DNA of 63,867 nucleotides, counting the filler, from Octopus bimaculoides (Eukaryota): NCBI RefSeq assembly GCF_001194135.2. It is 6 parts of 5 records of this genome, joined end to end, with 100 filler letters (N's around TTAATTAATTAA, not from the genome) between each part and the next. Parts side by side here need not be neighbours in the genome. Positions count along the whole stretch, not along the records: positions 1 to 12,974 come from NC_069010.1; positions 13,075 to 35,229 come from NC_068996.1; 4 more parts are not named here. One strand, given 5' to 3'. The notes beneath the pieces were generated by a model. It saw nothing but the letters and a program-made list of their open reading frames with translations, was not told the DNA's origin and did not search any database. Made by a program: the position numbers and the translations under genes. Shown in pieces: positions 10,568 to 22,940 of this stretch (its first letter is position 1; each line of letters starts with the position of its first letter).

Positions 10568-10737
10568 GTGTTGAGTGTTGTACGTGAACAGATTACAAGA
10601 GGATTAAGCATGAAGCCAATGTCATTTGATGACTTCAAAGAAAGATTGAAGCAATTCACTTACGCTGAGATCCTAAAGAGTTGGGAGAAGGATCGACAGA
10701 ACAAAGAAGCCTGGGAATCGCAAGCTGAACCTATCAT
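10568..10737 (+). CDS. ELMO: ELMO exon
   Basis: ccgtag| ... at|gtaagt. VLSVVREQITRGLSMKPMSFDDFKERLKQFTYAEILKSWEKDRQNKEAWESQAEPI. Confidence 0.94.
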
Positions 10738-11099
10738 GTAAGTACATTTACTGGGTCTTTCTCTCACAGCCCTGCGGCCCTTATTCAATTTGATTTGTAA
10801 ATTCCTGCACCATCTACTGTAAAATCTAAGAGAGAGGAAGATGGTAAAAATTTTTAAAAAGCTGAACTTTGTCTTTAAATCAGATTTTTGTGTCTGTCTT
10901 CACATATTGTCATGAATGCTGGGTAAGATATTGGTGTCTGGTTGGTTAGCCCAAGGCTATGAGTAAAAGAAACTTGCTCAAGGTGCCACGCAGTGGGACT
11001 GAACCCGGAACCATGTGGTTCGTAAGCAAGCTACTTACCACACAGCCACTCCTACGCCTAATATATATATATTTTTTTGTTTTGTTTTGTTTTCCACAG

Positions 11100-11215
11100 T
11101 GAACTCCGTAAACAAATCACCCCGGATATAAAAGAAATGATCAAGCGACAGAGGATGAATTACCTGATGGCTGGAACATTGTTTTGTAAAATTACTACAA
11201 GAGTGAAATTGAAAG
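11100..11215 (+). CDS. ELMO: ELMO exon (start of PH domain)
   Basis: ccacag| ... g|gtaaaa. ELRKQITPDIKEMIKRQRMNYLMAGTLFCKITTRVKLK, cf. [28 protein letters not shown]. Confidence 0.93.
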
Positions 11216-11278
11216 GTAAAAACCAGGAGTGGGGTTGACTCTGTGGAATCGGGAAGGATAAACAGACTCTCTCACTAA

Positions 11279-11319
<41 letters not shown>

Positions 11320-11747
11320 GCACTAACTCATGTTTGCTTACTCAGAGTTCTTATTTAACTGATTGTTGAACCAAGCTATGTTTATTTTGATTAATTGTCT
11401 CCAAATGTACGAAGATAAGTCAGTAAGTAATAAAATTTTTACTTGCATTTCTATTATACAAAGCTAAATCAAAAATTAAAGCAAATAAATATTGCATTAC
11501 NNNNNNNNNNNNNNNNNNNNNNNNNNNNNNNNNNNNNNNNNNNNNNNNNNNNNNNNNNNNNNNNNNNNNNNNNNNNNNNNNNNNNNNNNNNNNNNNNNNN
11601 NNNNNNNNNNNNNNNNNNNNNNNNNNNNNNNNNNNNNNNNNNNNNNNNNNNNNNNNNNNNNNNNNNNNNNNNNNNNNNNNNNNNNNNNNNNNAGTGTATG
11701 TCCTTATTGATTCCTTATTGTTGTATGCGTTTGTATGTGTGTATGTA

Positions 11748-11845
11748 TAGGTCACTAATCATTTCCTCCATGAGGCCCAACATTCAAAGATCATGCTTCA
11801 CCATCTCATCCCATGTCTTCCTGGGTTTGCCTCTACCACAATAGA
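11748..11845 (-). mobile_element. RTE-type LINE 3' fragment
   Basis: Minus strand reads GRGKPRKTWDEMVKHDL, the RTE C-terminal GRP-W motif. Confidence 0.65.
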
Positions 11846-12158
11846 ACGTCATTGTATTTTGGCAGCGAGCTGGCAGAATCGTTAGCACACCGGGCGAAAT
11901 GCTTAGCGGTATTTCGTCTGCCGTTACATTCTGAGTTCAAATTCCGCTGAGGTCAACTTTGCCTGTCATCCTTTTGGGGTCAATAAATTAAGTACCAGTT
12001 ACGCACTGGGGTCGATATAATTGACTTAATCCATTTGTCTGTCCTTGTTTTTCCCCTCTATGTTTAGCCCCTTGTGGGCAATATAGAAATAAGAATGTTA
12101 TTGTATTTTGGTGTGTGGTGGTATTCATTCATTTCCCTGTATTTTCTTTGTATTGCAG

Positions 12159-12229
12159 TGTCAGTTGTTGATATAAAGTCTCTGATTGTTGGCAAAGATT
12201 GTTCTCACGTCAAAGAGAATCGGAAAAAG
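12159..12229 (+). CDS. ELMO: ELMO exon (PH domain; last visible)
   Basis: ttgcag| ... aag|gtgagt. SVVDIKSLIVGKDCSHVKENRKK, cf. [20 protein letters not shown]. Confidence 0.93.
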
Positions 12230-12469
12230 GTGAGTGTGTTACACAATTCTGTATTTCTGAGAGGAAGAATTTGTATTATGTTCTTTGCATACATTAGTTA
12301 TGCTGGTGTCCTCGTGCCAAATGAGACCGTAGCCGTGGCCTGTGCTAGTGTCGCATAATTGACCCATTTAAGAGTACCCGTCAATCATTGAGCAATAGGC
12401 TGTGCTTGAGAAGACCTGTTGAGTCAAGTGAAATCATTGTCGTGGCCGATGCAAGTACCGCCTGACTCA

Positions 12470-12830
12470 AACCGTGAAAAGCACCATTCGAGCATGGTCG
12501 ATGCCAGTGCCACCGGACTAGCTCTTGTGCAGGTGGCATGTAAAAAGCACCATATGAGCATGGTCAATGCCAGTGCCGCCTGACTGGTTCCCATGCCAGT
12601 GGCACGTAAAAAGCACCATTCGAGCATGGTCGTTGCCAGTGCCACCGGACTAGCTCTTGTGCAGGTGGCACGTAAAAAGCACCATATGAGCATGGTCGAT
12701 GCCAGTGCCGCCTGACTGGTTCCCATGCCAGTAGCACGTAAAAAGCACCATTCGAGCATGGTCGTTGCCAGTGCCGGTGGCACATAAAATGCACCATCTG
12801 AACGTGGTCGATGCTAGTGCTACCTGACTA
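12470..12830. repeat. 65/66-bp alternating tandem array inside a family E element
   Basis: AAAAGCACC anchors at ~12477, 12542, 12608, 12673 and 12739. Confidence 0.9.
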
Positions 12831-12974
12831 GCCCCCACGCCAGTGGAGGCTGTACTGATGACAGATGATGATGTGATGATTATGACAAGGATGGGGAAAA
12901 TGGTGGTGGTGATGTCAGAGTTGGTAAGAATGATGGTGATGTTGGTGGTGGTGGTGGTGGTGGTGGTGGTGGTG

Positions 12975-13074
12975 NNNNNNNNNNNNNNNNNNNNNNNNNN
13001 NNNNNNNNNNNNNNNNNNTTAATTAATTAANNNNNNNNNNNNNNNNNNNNNNNNNNNNNNNNNNNNNNNNNNNN
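12975..13074. other. Assembly join marker N44-TTAATTAATTAA-N44
   Basis: The same 100-nt structure surrounds TTAATTAATTAA at 13019, 35274, 41815, 58379 and 62139. Confidence 0.95.
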
Positions 13075-13668
13075 TCCCTTGGCAAACAGGACACAGTCGT
13101 GTGTCGATAAGCCAGCTGGAGGAGATGTCCTCCTGGGGCTAAAAGCAACAGTAACATCCACCCCTAGGGGTCAGCCACACTTAAGTGGCAATATACTACA
13201 CTTTATCGTGCAGTTACTGTTAATACTTCATTTAGAGAATTAACATATATATATATACTTATACTCTTTACTCTTTTACTTGTTTCAGTCATTTGACTGC
13301 GGCCATGCTAGAGCACCGCCTTTAGTTGAGTAAATCAACCCCAGGACTTATTCTTTGTATGCCAAGTACTTATTCTATCGGCCTCTTTTGCCGAACCGCT
13401 AAGTTACAGGGACTTAAACACACCAGCATCGGGGACAAACACAGACACACAAGCATATACACACATGCACATATATATATACATATATATGGCGAGCTTC
13501 TTTCAGTTTCCGTCTACCAAATCCACTCACAAGGCTTTGGTCGGCCCGAGGCTATAGCAGAAGACACTTGCCCAAAGTGCTACGCAGTGGGACTGAACCA
13601 GGAACCATGTGGTTCGTAAGCAAACTACTTACCACACAGCCACTCCTATGCCTATAGCCACTCCTACG

Positions 13669-13702
<34 letters not shown>

Positions 13703-13914
13703 TTTACTGAATTAAAAACTTAGAAGGTTATGAAAGCAAGAACCAAATGCAAAAATAAACAAAAAATTCACTCTTAGAGGTGGAAGACAAACCTGAGTGT
13801 TGTACCAAGGGTTTATAATAACATATTTAATATAATATAATAACATATTTAATATAACTAATCTAAAGTAAGGTCCAGCTGTCACAGTCGCAGTCATTAT
13901 CATTAATGTTTGTC

Positions 13915-14042
13915 AGTTGTTGTTGATGATGACCCGGACATCACATAGAAGATGGGTCACAGTGCATCTGGCTGTGACCGATCAGGCCGATCCATATTCG
14001 GAAGGTTCTGTCAAAGTTTGGGCACTGGTGGTCTGTTGGGAA
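13915..14042 (-). mobile_element. RTE-type LINE extreme 3' end
   Basis: Minus strand CPNFDRTFRIWIGLIGHSQMH resembles the C-terminal C2H2 finger (CP..RTF..RIGL.SH..H) of RTE elements. Confidence 0.55.
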
Positions 14043-15985
14043 CAGCGCTGCTAAAGGTGTTTTTAAAACGTACAGAATTTTTTTTCAAAACGTACAGATT
14101 TTTTTTCAAAGCATACAGAATTTTACTGAAGCCTCCAAATACAGTCAAAACGAACTTTTTATGCATTTTTTGATTTGGAAAACATTTATTGAAACGTTGA
14201 ATGTTTGGACATCAAAAAGAAAAATCATCTTTGGGAGGAGGTTCTCTGTTGTACCAATTTTTTTTCAAATAATGTTTTACAAAGTTGTTCATCCGGCTCC
14301 CACGTCGTACAATCGGTATTTCACAACAAAGTTGTCGACCTCATAAGAGCATTAAGCGTAGAAGTTTTCAAGGAATTTCGATTTTTAGTTTTGATATTGT
14401 GGAAAACAAAGAAAATTCTTTCTGACGCTGCAGAGGAGTGTGGTAAAGTAAGACGACTGAGCATAAAGGATGACAACAGTGGATAGCGGTACTTATCACC
14501 ACATTTCTCTTGTGAAATAGCAAACCAAAATTTTTCTGGCTCGTTATACAGGATGAAAGAACAACCTTCAACAGTCAAGTGGTGCCATTCCTGAATAATT
14601 TCTTTGAAATCTTTTTGATCACAAAGACTTGGGAATCACCTTCCTTCAATTACGTTGGTTGGGTCCAACGCTTCTAGTAATCCCAAATTGTTCTGCATAT
14701 CGCAAGACGAAAACCGCACGAGCATTTGATTTGAAAGACTAACAAAGAATCGTTGTATATTCTGTTGGAAAGTCAATAATTCATCAGGGGCAATGGTGGT
14801 AGCATTTTCTTATAAAATTCTCTCAGCTACAGCGCCAAAGTAGATACAATCTAATGTTTGATGTGTCGTTGCATCGTTGATATCAATCTCACACACATTG
14901 ATGACAGAAAGTAAGTCAGGTCTGATGAAATTGCTAAAATTCCCTTCATTCCAGCGTTGATGGCTCTTTTAAGCTTATGCAACTGATAGCCTTCGGTCTG
15001 GAATTCCAGATTGTCTGTTAACGTCGGTTAAAATGAAAGAGAGAAATGCTAAATACATCTTTGTAAGAGGATTTTTCATTTCAGTGAAAATTTGTCGAGC
15101 CGTAATTGGACACCCACCCTCTAATGTTGGTTGTGTGAAATATGCCAGCAGTGTTGGCCACTGCTCTAAAATGCGCTGCACAACTTGCTTGAGAGAGCCA
15201 TCTAGTGCAACTTGCATGCAGGATTTTGTGAGGATCAATTGAAGCTATTTTCTGTAGATCTTTGAATTCATTGATACGCTTAGGACTGTGACTAAAGTAT
15301 GTATAAATACTTCTTGTCAATTCTTCGACAGAATTCGGTAATTCATTGCACGCGTTTGATGAAGAAACTATCTGGAATTCCAGGCTGAAGGCTATCGGAT
15401 GCATAAGCTTAAAAGAGCCATGAACGCACAAAAAGATCTGACCTGTTCTTCTTCAACGAGTGCTGAACGTCTCTTTTACTTCCCATCATAACATTTGCAT
15501 TATCACTGGCGAAACCTATCAAATTTTCCAGAGGAATAGCGTGTTCGTTTAAGAATGATAGAAGACAGTTGTATATACCCGTAGCACTGCAATCTTGTAT
15601 TTCTATAAGTGTAAAAAAATCGTCGACTGTCTTGAATTTCAACGTCATAATATCTGGAAACCAAGACAAGTTGTTTTAGTTGAAACATCAGTTGTTTCAT
15701 CAATAACGAGTGAGAATTTTGATGAATGAAGTTTTTTTTAATAAAGCGTTGAAGCCGTAGGGGCCAATGGCTTTAAGAAAGATGTATGTGCCTTTCATTC
15801 GGGCACACTTTGCATCCTGGGCGATTTTAGAATCAGGACAAGCGTTTGCAACAAAGCCAGGTAAGTGGTCCAAAATAGAAATTGGTAGATTATGTTCAGC
15901 AACAAATGCACAGTATTTTAATTTAGCAGCTGCTACTTTCTTGGAATATGAAGAAAATGATGAGGCTATATACAAAAAAACAAAA
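14043..15985 (-). mobile_element. Decayed hAT DNA transposon (frameshifted transposase)
   Basis: Fragments FVAEHNLP, GFASDNANVMMG, TRWLS, RILEQW and LTLPHSSAASERIF (hAT dimerisation domain). CAG-starting terminus at 14043 with three AAAACGTACAGA-like subterminal repeats. Confidence 0.88.
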
Positions 15986-16849
15986 CAAAACAAAAAAAAA
16001 AACATAAAATAAGCGATTCAGTTGAAAAAAAGATTAAAGAGATAATTTTTTTTTTTTATGGAACTTGCTGTACAAATACTTTCAGTGTTGATATACTTTC
16101 ATGCTATTCCACGCAAATATTTAAAAAGAAGATAACATACTCAATGAGATTAGTATAAGAAAATAAGGATAATGATAAATCACTGAGCAAAATTACCCTC
16201 TCTTTGATTAGATTAATCTACTATTTTGGAGATAGTGTTTTTTTTTTGCAGGCGTGTGTGTCTGTGGCTATCACCAGAAGCTACTGACCTATAAAATCAG
16301 ATTGGACAGTGGAAAAAATGCAACATGTACACACTGTTAGACTACATCCCATACGATAAACCATACCTTAGAATGAACTTGTGGTTCTTAACTAGTTGGC
16401 GAAAAGAGAGTTTAAATCTGGAACAATGGATATGTGGATCAGTCAACTAATGATTTGTAAAATTTATCTGGGCTAAAAAAGAAAATAACCAATAAATAGA
16501 TATATGGCTAAGACGTTTGTGTGACACTCTCGTGATTTTGTGAATTCACTGCACATAGCATGCCCACAGTTAATCTAAAATTTGAAAACTTCAATGTTGT
16601 CTTCCCTACCTTTCCAGTATTAATCGTTAAGATAAATCACCCCCACCCCTTTACTTTGGCTACAGTTCTAGTACGTTAGAACCGATTGAAGTATAACTAC
16701 TAAAGCCAAAATTGCAGCAAGCGTTATATTTTTCACTGTCAAGTGAAAGACGAGTTCAAAATGTTAGAATCTTCACTCTTCGCAGCAATTGAATTTATCC
16801 AACTATTTTAAATGTGTGTATATACACGCGCGCACACAAGAATTTAGCA

Positions 16850-16991
16850 TGTAGTGGCGCGAAATTATAGCCACCATTGAGGAAGTACTATTCTGCGCAT
16901 GTGCAGGGGACTTCACCACCGGAAGCCCCTCGAGTTGCGCATGCGTAGTAAAACTCGTACTTAAGCAGTTACTTTCATTATCTCGGTGAGT
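16850..16991. promoter_or_regulatory. CpG-enriched promoter-like island
   Basis: E2F-like TTTCGCGCCA (minus, 16855-64), NRF1-like TGCGCATGTGCA (16894-905) and TGCGCATGCGTA (16936-47), ETS CCGGAAG (16919-25), donor cg|gtgagt at 16986. Motif-only evidence. Confidence 0.55.
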
Positions 16992-17460
16992 TGAGCCTGA
17001 GACCTTCTACGTAACAACACCTCGCTCCTCCACGAAGCACTTTTACACTGTTCTCTGGCAGGCATCAAGGAAGAACCTTCCATTATCAAACTACAACCTA
17101 ATCAGCGGCTGCTAAGCTGAATGACAGAAATTGTGAAACCAAGTATCATAGTCATAAATAAAACCTTTTTATTATGTTGTTAATTGTTCTAATGTCTCTT
17201 CATTTATAATGCTGTTAAAAGGTGATAGAGAGAGACTAAAGTCTCTATGACAACTATCACTACTATCAAACTTTTACAAGCACATCAAACATCGGATAAC
17301 ACGGAAGTGATGAGCTGATCTTTAACACATCCTAAACCATTTTACCACATACAAAACCTATTGCCACATTCTAAACTGCTTCACCACATGCAAAAAGAAT
17401 TAGATATATGTAGGAGAGATTTTATCTGTATTTTCAGAAATTTCAACCAATTCCTTAGAC

Positions 17461-17746
17461 CAGGGATTTTCAAACGTTTTCAGGCTTTACCTTAGGGTAC
17501 TTAAGCTTAGGGTACTTATAAACGCTTATGAAATTTACACATAAATATTTGCTTAAAATAACATATATTTTTACATTTATTTATTTAACAGTATTTAACA
17601 AATAGGTTTATTGTCAATTAAAAGATTTCGATTAAAAAACATATATAAAATCAAATTGCCCATAAAAAGTATTTGCTGTCCACAGACCCCCTGTCTTGTC
17701 CTTGCGGACCCCCTGTGGTCCGCGGACCACAGTTTGAAAACCCCTG
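17461..17746. mobile_element. hAT (Charlie-like) MITE
   Basis: 15-bp TIRs CAGGGATTTTCAAAC / GTTTGAAAACCCCTG (1 mismatch); 8-bp TSD CCTTAGAC / CTTTAGAC. Confidence 0.88.
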
Positions 17747-18130
17747 CTTTAGACAATACACTAGATTTAAGCACAGATTAATACAAAACTTATAGAAAAC
17801 CAAATGAAAAATCGTCATGCATTAAAACCAACCCCTATTACTCGTCCATACGTTTTAAAAAATCTAATCAATATGATCAGTATGATCTCTGAGCTCTCAC
17901 CAACAAATAAATCACCACTGAAGCAGTTTCTTTTAGCAATAATGCTTTAACATCTAGCGATTGAAAGATAAGATTTCCTAACCCATTTTTGTCTTCCATA
18001 TAAAATTATCTGGTTCACAACCCTTTTCTTTAAACTTTAAGTCAGATCTTGCCAGAAACTTCGCAATGCTCGTAGATAAACCCTACTCCATTAGTGAGAA
18101 CATCAAGAAACTATTCAGATTGAACTAGCT
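17747..18130 (+). mobile_element. Penelope-like RT C-terminal fragment
   Basis: YKTYRKPNEK...NNALTSS, similar to the recalled Penelope Y(K)PYRKPN motif; multiple stops. Confidence 0.55.
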
Positions 18131-20418
18131 AAAAGAAACTTACAGCTGTACTGCAATATATTATAACAAATTAATAAATTTAGAGGTGCTGAGTCATACC
18201 CAGAAATATCAACGCATGCTCACTGAACCAGCTATGTGGATAAAATATGTAACGCAAGTCAGCATCACTAAATTGTGCCACATCAGAGTGTAAAATGGTT
18301 TGGTTGAAAATAGGTTTATACAGTGTAGTGTTGGCACGAAGAAAGGCGTATTCTAAGTATATAGACATCATTTATTGCTACATTAATACAGGTGTTATTC
18401 AATACAAGAAAGGTAAATTTTATATGAAACAACGTATATTACAAGAGCAGGAGATCATCACAAATTCATATTTAGGCTGATTTTTACACATCAATGCATA
18501 TTCTTTTTGCTGTGTTACCACGGTATGTTTCTTCATCTATTGCGCCAGGTTGAATAAGTAGATGTGAGAACGGCTATAAGCTAGAGCGAACTCCACTAAG
18601 GACCGAATTACTCTGTCCTCTTTGCGTTAAGGTGAATTGTATTTGTAGACTTTGTTCATAGAAAGTCTTATTCATGCTGCCAGACTATCAAGACAACAAA
18701 AGTCGTTGATTGGACAGAAATTGCCTTTGCACGCACAATCAACTTGTGATTTCTATGTGGCCAAATGTGGGGGTTGAATTCAATTGTTATAACAGTATCA
18801 CTTCGAACGCACATCTATCAGGTACAGAAAAGAAAATACAGCTTTACTCAGTTACTCCTAATATTTAAAAGAACTTGATAACTAATTTTATACTAAACAG
18901 GCAATACATCAATGGGTGTACAAAGTGCAACTTAAGTACAATTAGAGAAGTAAAGAAAGGCTAATCTTGAATAAGATGAGTATTTATGTGAACAATAACC
19001 AAGGAGATGAGAGTGAGCAAGTCCTTTTTTTTTTCATAGATTTACGATTGTTTCATCGAAAATCGATGTCCTAAGCATTACTATATTAATATGCAGTAAT
19101 GTATGCAATCATTGATATATGAGATATCAGACACAAAATCAAATATCGGTTACTCGGACTCATGCATGTAAGTTATTTAGTGTAGAAACATGGGTAAGCA
19201 ATAATTTATACTATATTAAGTTATGCGTGTTTACATGGTTACATTTACATCTTGCAAGTCGAACAAAACAAACCTTGGTTTGATTTGATCGGTCAAGATA
19301 AAGGATCAATAAAAAAAATTAATTAAATAAATAAATAAATGCAAGAAAAGAAAAGGTTTCGTTTTTAGACAATATAATAAATTAGTGTTGTCAACAGTTT
19401 CTCTCTTAAGGGTACTTTGTAGTCTTTTTATCTGCCACTTCATAGCAGACAGCCATAAATTGGCACCATAAAGATGAGATGATATTCACGACAAAATTCA
19501 GTGATCCCGTGCGGACTGAAACAGACTAATAAGATAGGTATTTCATTGATGCTTAGTGGCATGTCCAACTTATTAACAAGAAAAGAATTAATTAGAGATT
19601 AAGCAGACATAGGAAGAAGAAGGAAAATTTGACTTCGTCAAAATTTTTCAAACACATAGGATGTTCTGTCATAAATAGTTTTAGATATTCTGATACACCA
19701 ACGGACACTCATAGAATACCAGAATTTAGAAGATCATATTTTTCAGGAAAATTCCTTCCAAGCAGATGATATACTTACTACAAATATATTGCTGTAGAGG
19801 TCCGTTTATAAATCCTTGCAAAATGAATTTCGGGCAGTAACATTAACAATAATAAAACGTTTAATAAATATTTTGTTTTATACTATTTTAAAGTTTTTGG
19901 GATTTATGGGGGGGTCAAAGTTGGGAACAAAAACAGGACAGTGGAGACATACAAGGAAACTGAACGAAAAGAAACATAGAGGGTGAGTCATCAGACCAGA
20001 ATGAAGGTAAAATAGCGAACGCTGGAGAAATATTTTGTTTGACAAGATAAAAGAGAGAAAAGAGAGATATGATACGCGCTGTCATTAAGACAGTCCTGAA
20101 AGAAAAAAAAGATAATCGCGTGAGGAAGAGAAAGATGGACGATGGTCACATGTGAGCAACGAGAGAGAGAAACAGAAAAAGGGGTAGAGAGAGACAGAGA
20201 CAGAGACACATAGAAAACTGTGAAGGGGAGAAAAAAAGGGAATTAGAGAGAGGATGAGATAGAAAACAGTATAGAGTAGAGTCGCTAGAATAAGACAAAG
20301 ATAAATTTACTTGCAAATGGATGCATGGCATTCAATTAAAGAGAATAATATAAATAATATATAAATATATACACACACATACATGCGTACATACATACAT
20401 ACATACATACATACAGGC

Positions 20419-20457
<39 letters not shown>

Positions 20458-20483
20458 TAAATAGATATACATACACATGCATA

Positions 20484-21800
20484 CAAGGGTTATCTGAAAA
20501 GTTCGTAGGCTGACCAAAATACTCTCATGAAATGTGACTAAATGAAGTCTATTTTTCAACATAGTCCCCTTTGCAGTCCATACACTTCTTCCATCGGTGT
20601 TACAGTGCTTGCATCTCATTGCTGAAGTAGCTTTCATCCTGTAAGTCAAAAAAGTCATCAACAGCAGATCTGATGTCATCAACACTGTGATTCTGGTTCC
20701 CAGCCAAGTGCGTTTTCATGTTGAGGAACAGATGGTAGTCAGATGGGGCCAAGTCAGGAGAATAGGGAGGCTGATCACTCAGCTGCAAGCCACAATCATA
20801 CTCAATAGTTATTGAAACCAAAGATAGCACCAGCACACAAGTCCTTGGTGCACACAAATCCTGATGAAACAAGACCATTTTTGTCAATTTTCCAGGGTGT
20901 TTGGACTTGATAGCCTTTCATATCTGCCTCAGCAAGTTGACATAATACTGGCCATTGATGGTGTAGACCTTTTGAAGATAGTCAGTCAACACAATGCCTC
21001 TTGCATCCCCTAAAAAACTGAAACCTTCACCTTCCCTGCAGATAAAAGACCTTGGCCTTCTTTGATGCAGGGAAGGAGGGGTGTTTCTACTGCTTGGATT
21101 GTCTCTTTGTATCTGGTTCAAAGTGATGAACACAACACTCATCCTGGCTTAGCAAACGTTCAAGGAAACCAGCTGGATTTGTTTCAGACAATGTCAGATT
21201 TTCCCATGATGTGATCAGCCTGGTACACTTATGATCAGGTGTCAGAAGACGTGGCACCCACTCAACAGAAACCTTCGTCATGCCAAGTTTATTTTGTGCA
21301 GAATATTCTCAACTCACTCACAGGATATGCTAACAGCATTAGCTATTTGATTTATAGTCAATCACCTATCAGCCATCCCCATTTGGAGAACACAATGAAT
21401 GTTTTCCTTGATGGTGGCAGTTGAAGGATGTTCAGATCTTGGGTCATCTTCAACACTCTTCCTTCCCCTCCCAAATTCAACTACCCACTTTTGCACTGTT
21501 GATAAAACTGGAGTGTCATCCCCTACTGTAGCAACTATGTCAGCATGTATGTCCTTGGAGACTAAACCTTTTTTCTGCAGGTACTTAATAACACCACAAT
21601 GCCAAGTTTTATCCGTTTTCAAGAGAAGCCACTACTAGTTACATTTTGAAGTCTTTGAACAGTCAGATGCCAATTTAACTGGACAGAGACAATGCAGTTA
21701 TTAATAAGAAGGATTAAGAGTTGAAACGAATGCATGCAAGATTTCACAGCTCTAGCATCACTCCTCCATCGTCAGCATATAAAATTTTCAGCCCTGCTTG
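20484..21800 (-). mobile_element. Full-length decayed mariner transposon (~1.3 kb)
   Basis: Both TIRs (CAAGGGTTATCTGAAAAGTTCGTAGGCTGAC and a diverged inverse), TA on both sides, HTH, WVPRLL and PPYSPDLAPSDYHLF motifs in broken frames. Confidence 0.92.
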
Positions 21801-22016
21801 TAATTGGTAATTTCATTTCATGATCAAATACTTTTATCTTTTACTTGTTTCAGTCACTGAACTTGTGGTCAAGCAGGGGCACCATCTCAAAGAGTTTTAG
21901 CCAAATGAATTGACCCACGTACTTATTTTTTCATTCCATTGATCTTTTATACCAAACCACTAAGTTATGGGGAAACAAGACTGGTTATCAAATGGTGGTT
22001 GGGGACAAACATAAAA

Positions 22017-22049
<33 letters not shown>

Positions 22050-22619
22050 GGACTTCTCTTAATTTCCATCTACCAAATCTATTTACAAGGCTTTGGTCAG
22101 CCTGAGGCTATAGCAGAAGAGATACTTTTCCAAGGTGCCACACAGTGGGACTGAACCCAGAACCATGTGGTAAGAAAGAAAGCTTCTTATCACACAGCCA
22201 TATCTGTGCTTATTTAAGCAATAATTATTTTTCTTCTTTGCTTTTGTTTTGTTTTAAGAGAAGCTGTTACCCAAGTACTTAACGACAGAATTGAGGGTTA
22301 AAAATAGTCTTTTTATTATTTGCATATTTACAGGTTTAAAACTATTAAAGTAGTCACTTATGAGATTTAAATGTCTTTTACATGTTGACACAAAACATTT
22401 AGTGCAAAAATAGGAATAGATTTGCAAGTTAATTGGACTAGTTAGACATGTTAATGCTCCAAAATTATAATCATAGTTCAAAAATATATTTCAGTTTACT
22501 TCAACCTAGGAATATAAATATTTATTAAAGTAATGATTAAAACTACTGTCACTGTCTGCTTTAATATTTTGTTGCCATATTAGTTTGCAGAGATTATTGG
22601 GTTAATTAATTTAAAGTTT

Positions 22620-22940
22620 TTTTGAGGCTGTTGGTTATAGTAGAAGAGAATGAACAGAAGTGAACAGAATAATAAAAGAATATAAGATGAATAAAGCAGA
22701 ATGAAATATAATAAAATACAATAGAATAGAATAGAAGTAAAGTAGAACAAAAATAGGTTGAATACAGCAAAATAGAATAAGAATAAAGTAGAACAGAATA
22801 TAAGAGAATAGAATAAAGTAGAATAGAATACAACAGAATAGAATATGCCTAAAGTAGAATAGCATTCAATAGAATACAATATGAGGGATAAAGTAGAATA
22901 GAATATAACAGGACAATAGAGATAAGGTAGAATAGATTTA
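22620..22940. repeat. Degenerate (AGAAT)n satellite
   Basis: Runs of aatag/agaat. Confidence 0.85.

Noticed and set aside
13019-13030. TTAATTAATTAA palindrome recurring five times
   Set aside because: Always centred in exactly 44+44 N; a six-frame-stop scaffolding spacer, not biological.
16252-16290. Strong plus-strand acceptor as next ELMO exon
   Set aside because: Phase-0 reading gives ACVSVAITRSY* with no ELMO similarity.
19470-19525. C/D-box snoRNA candidate (ATGATAT ... CTGA)
   Set aside because: Imperfect C box, too short, no terminal stem or recognisable guide.
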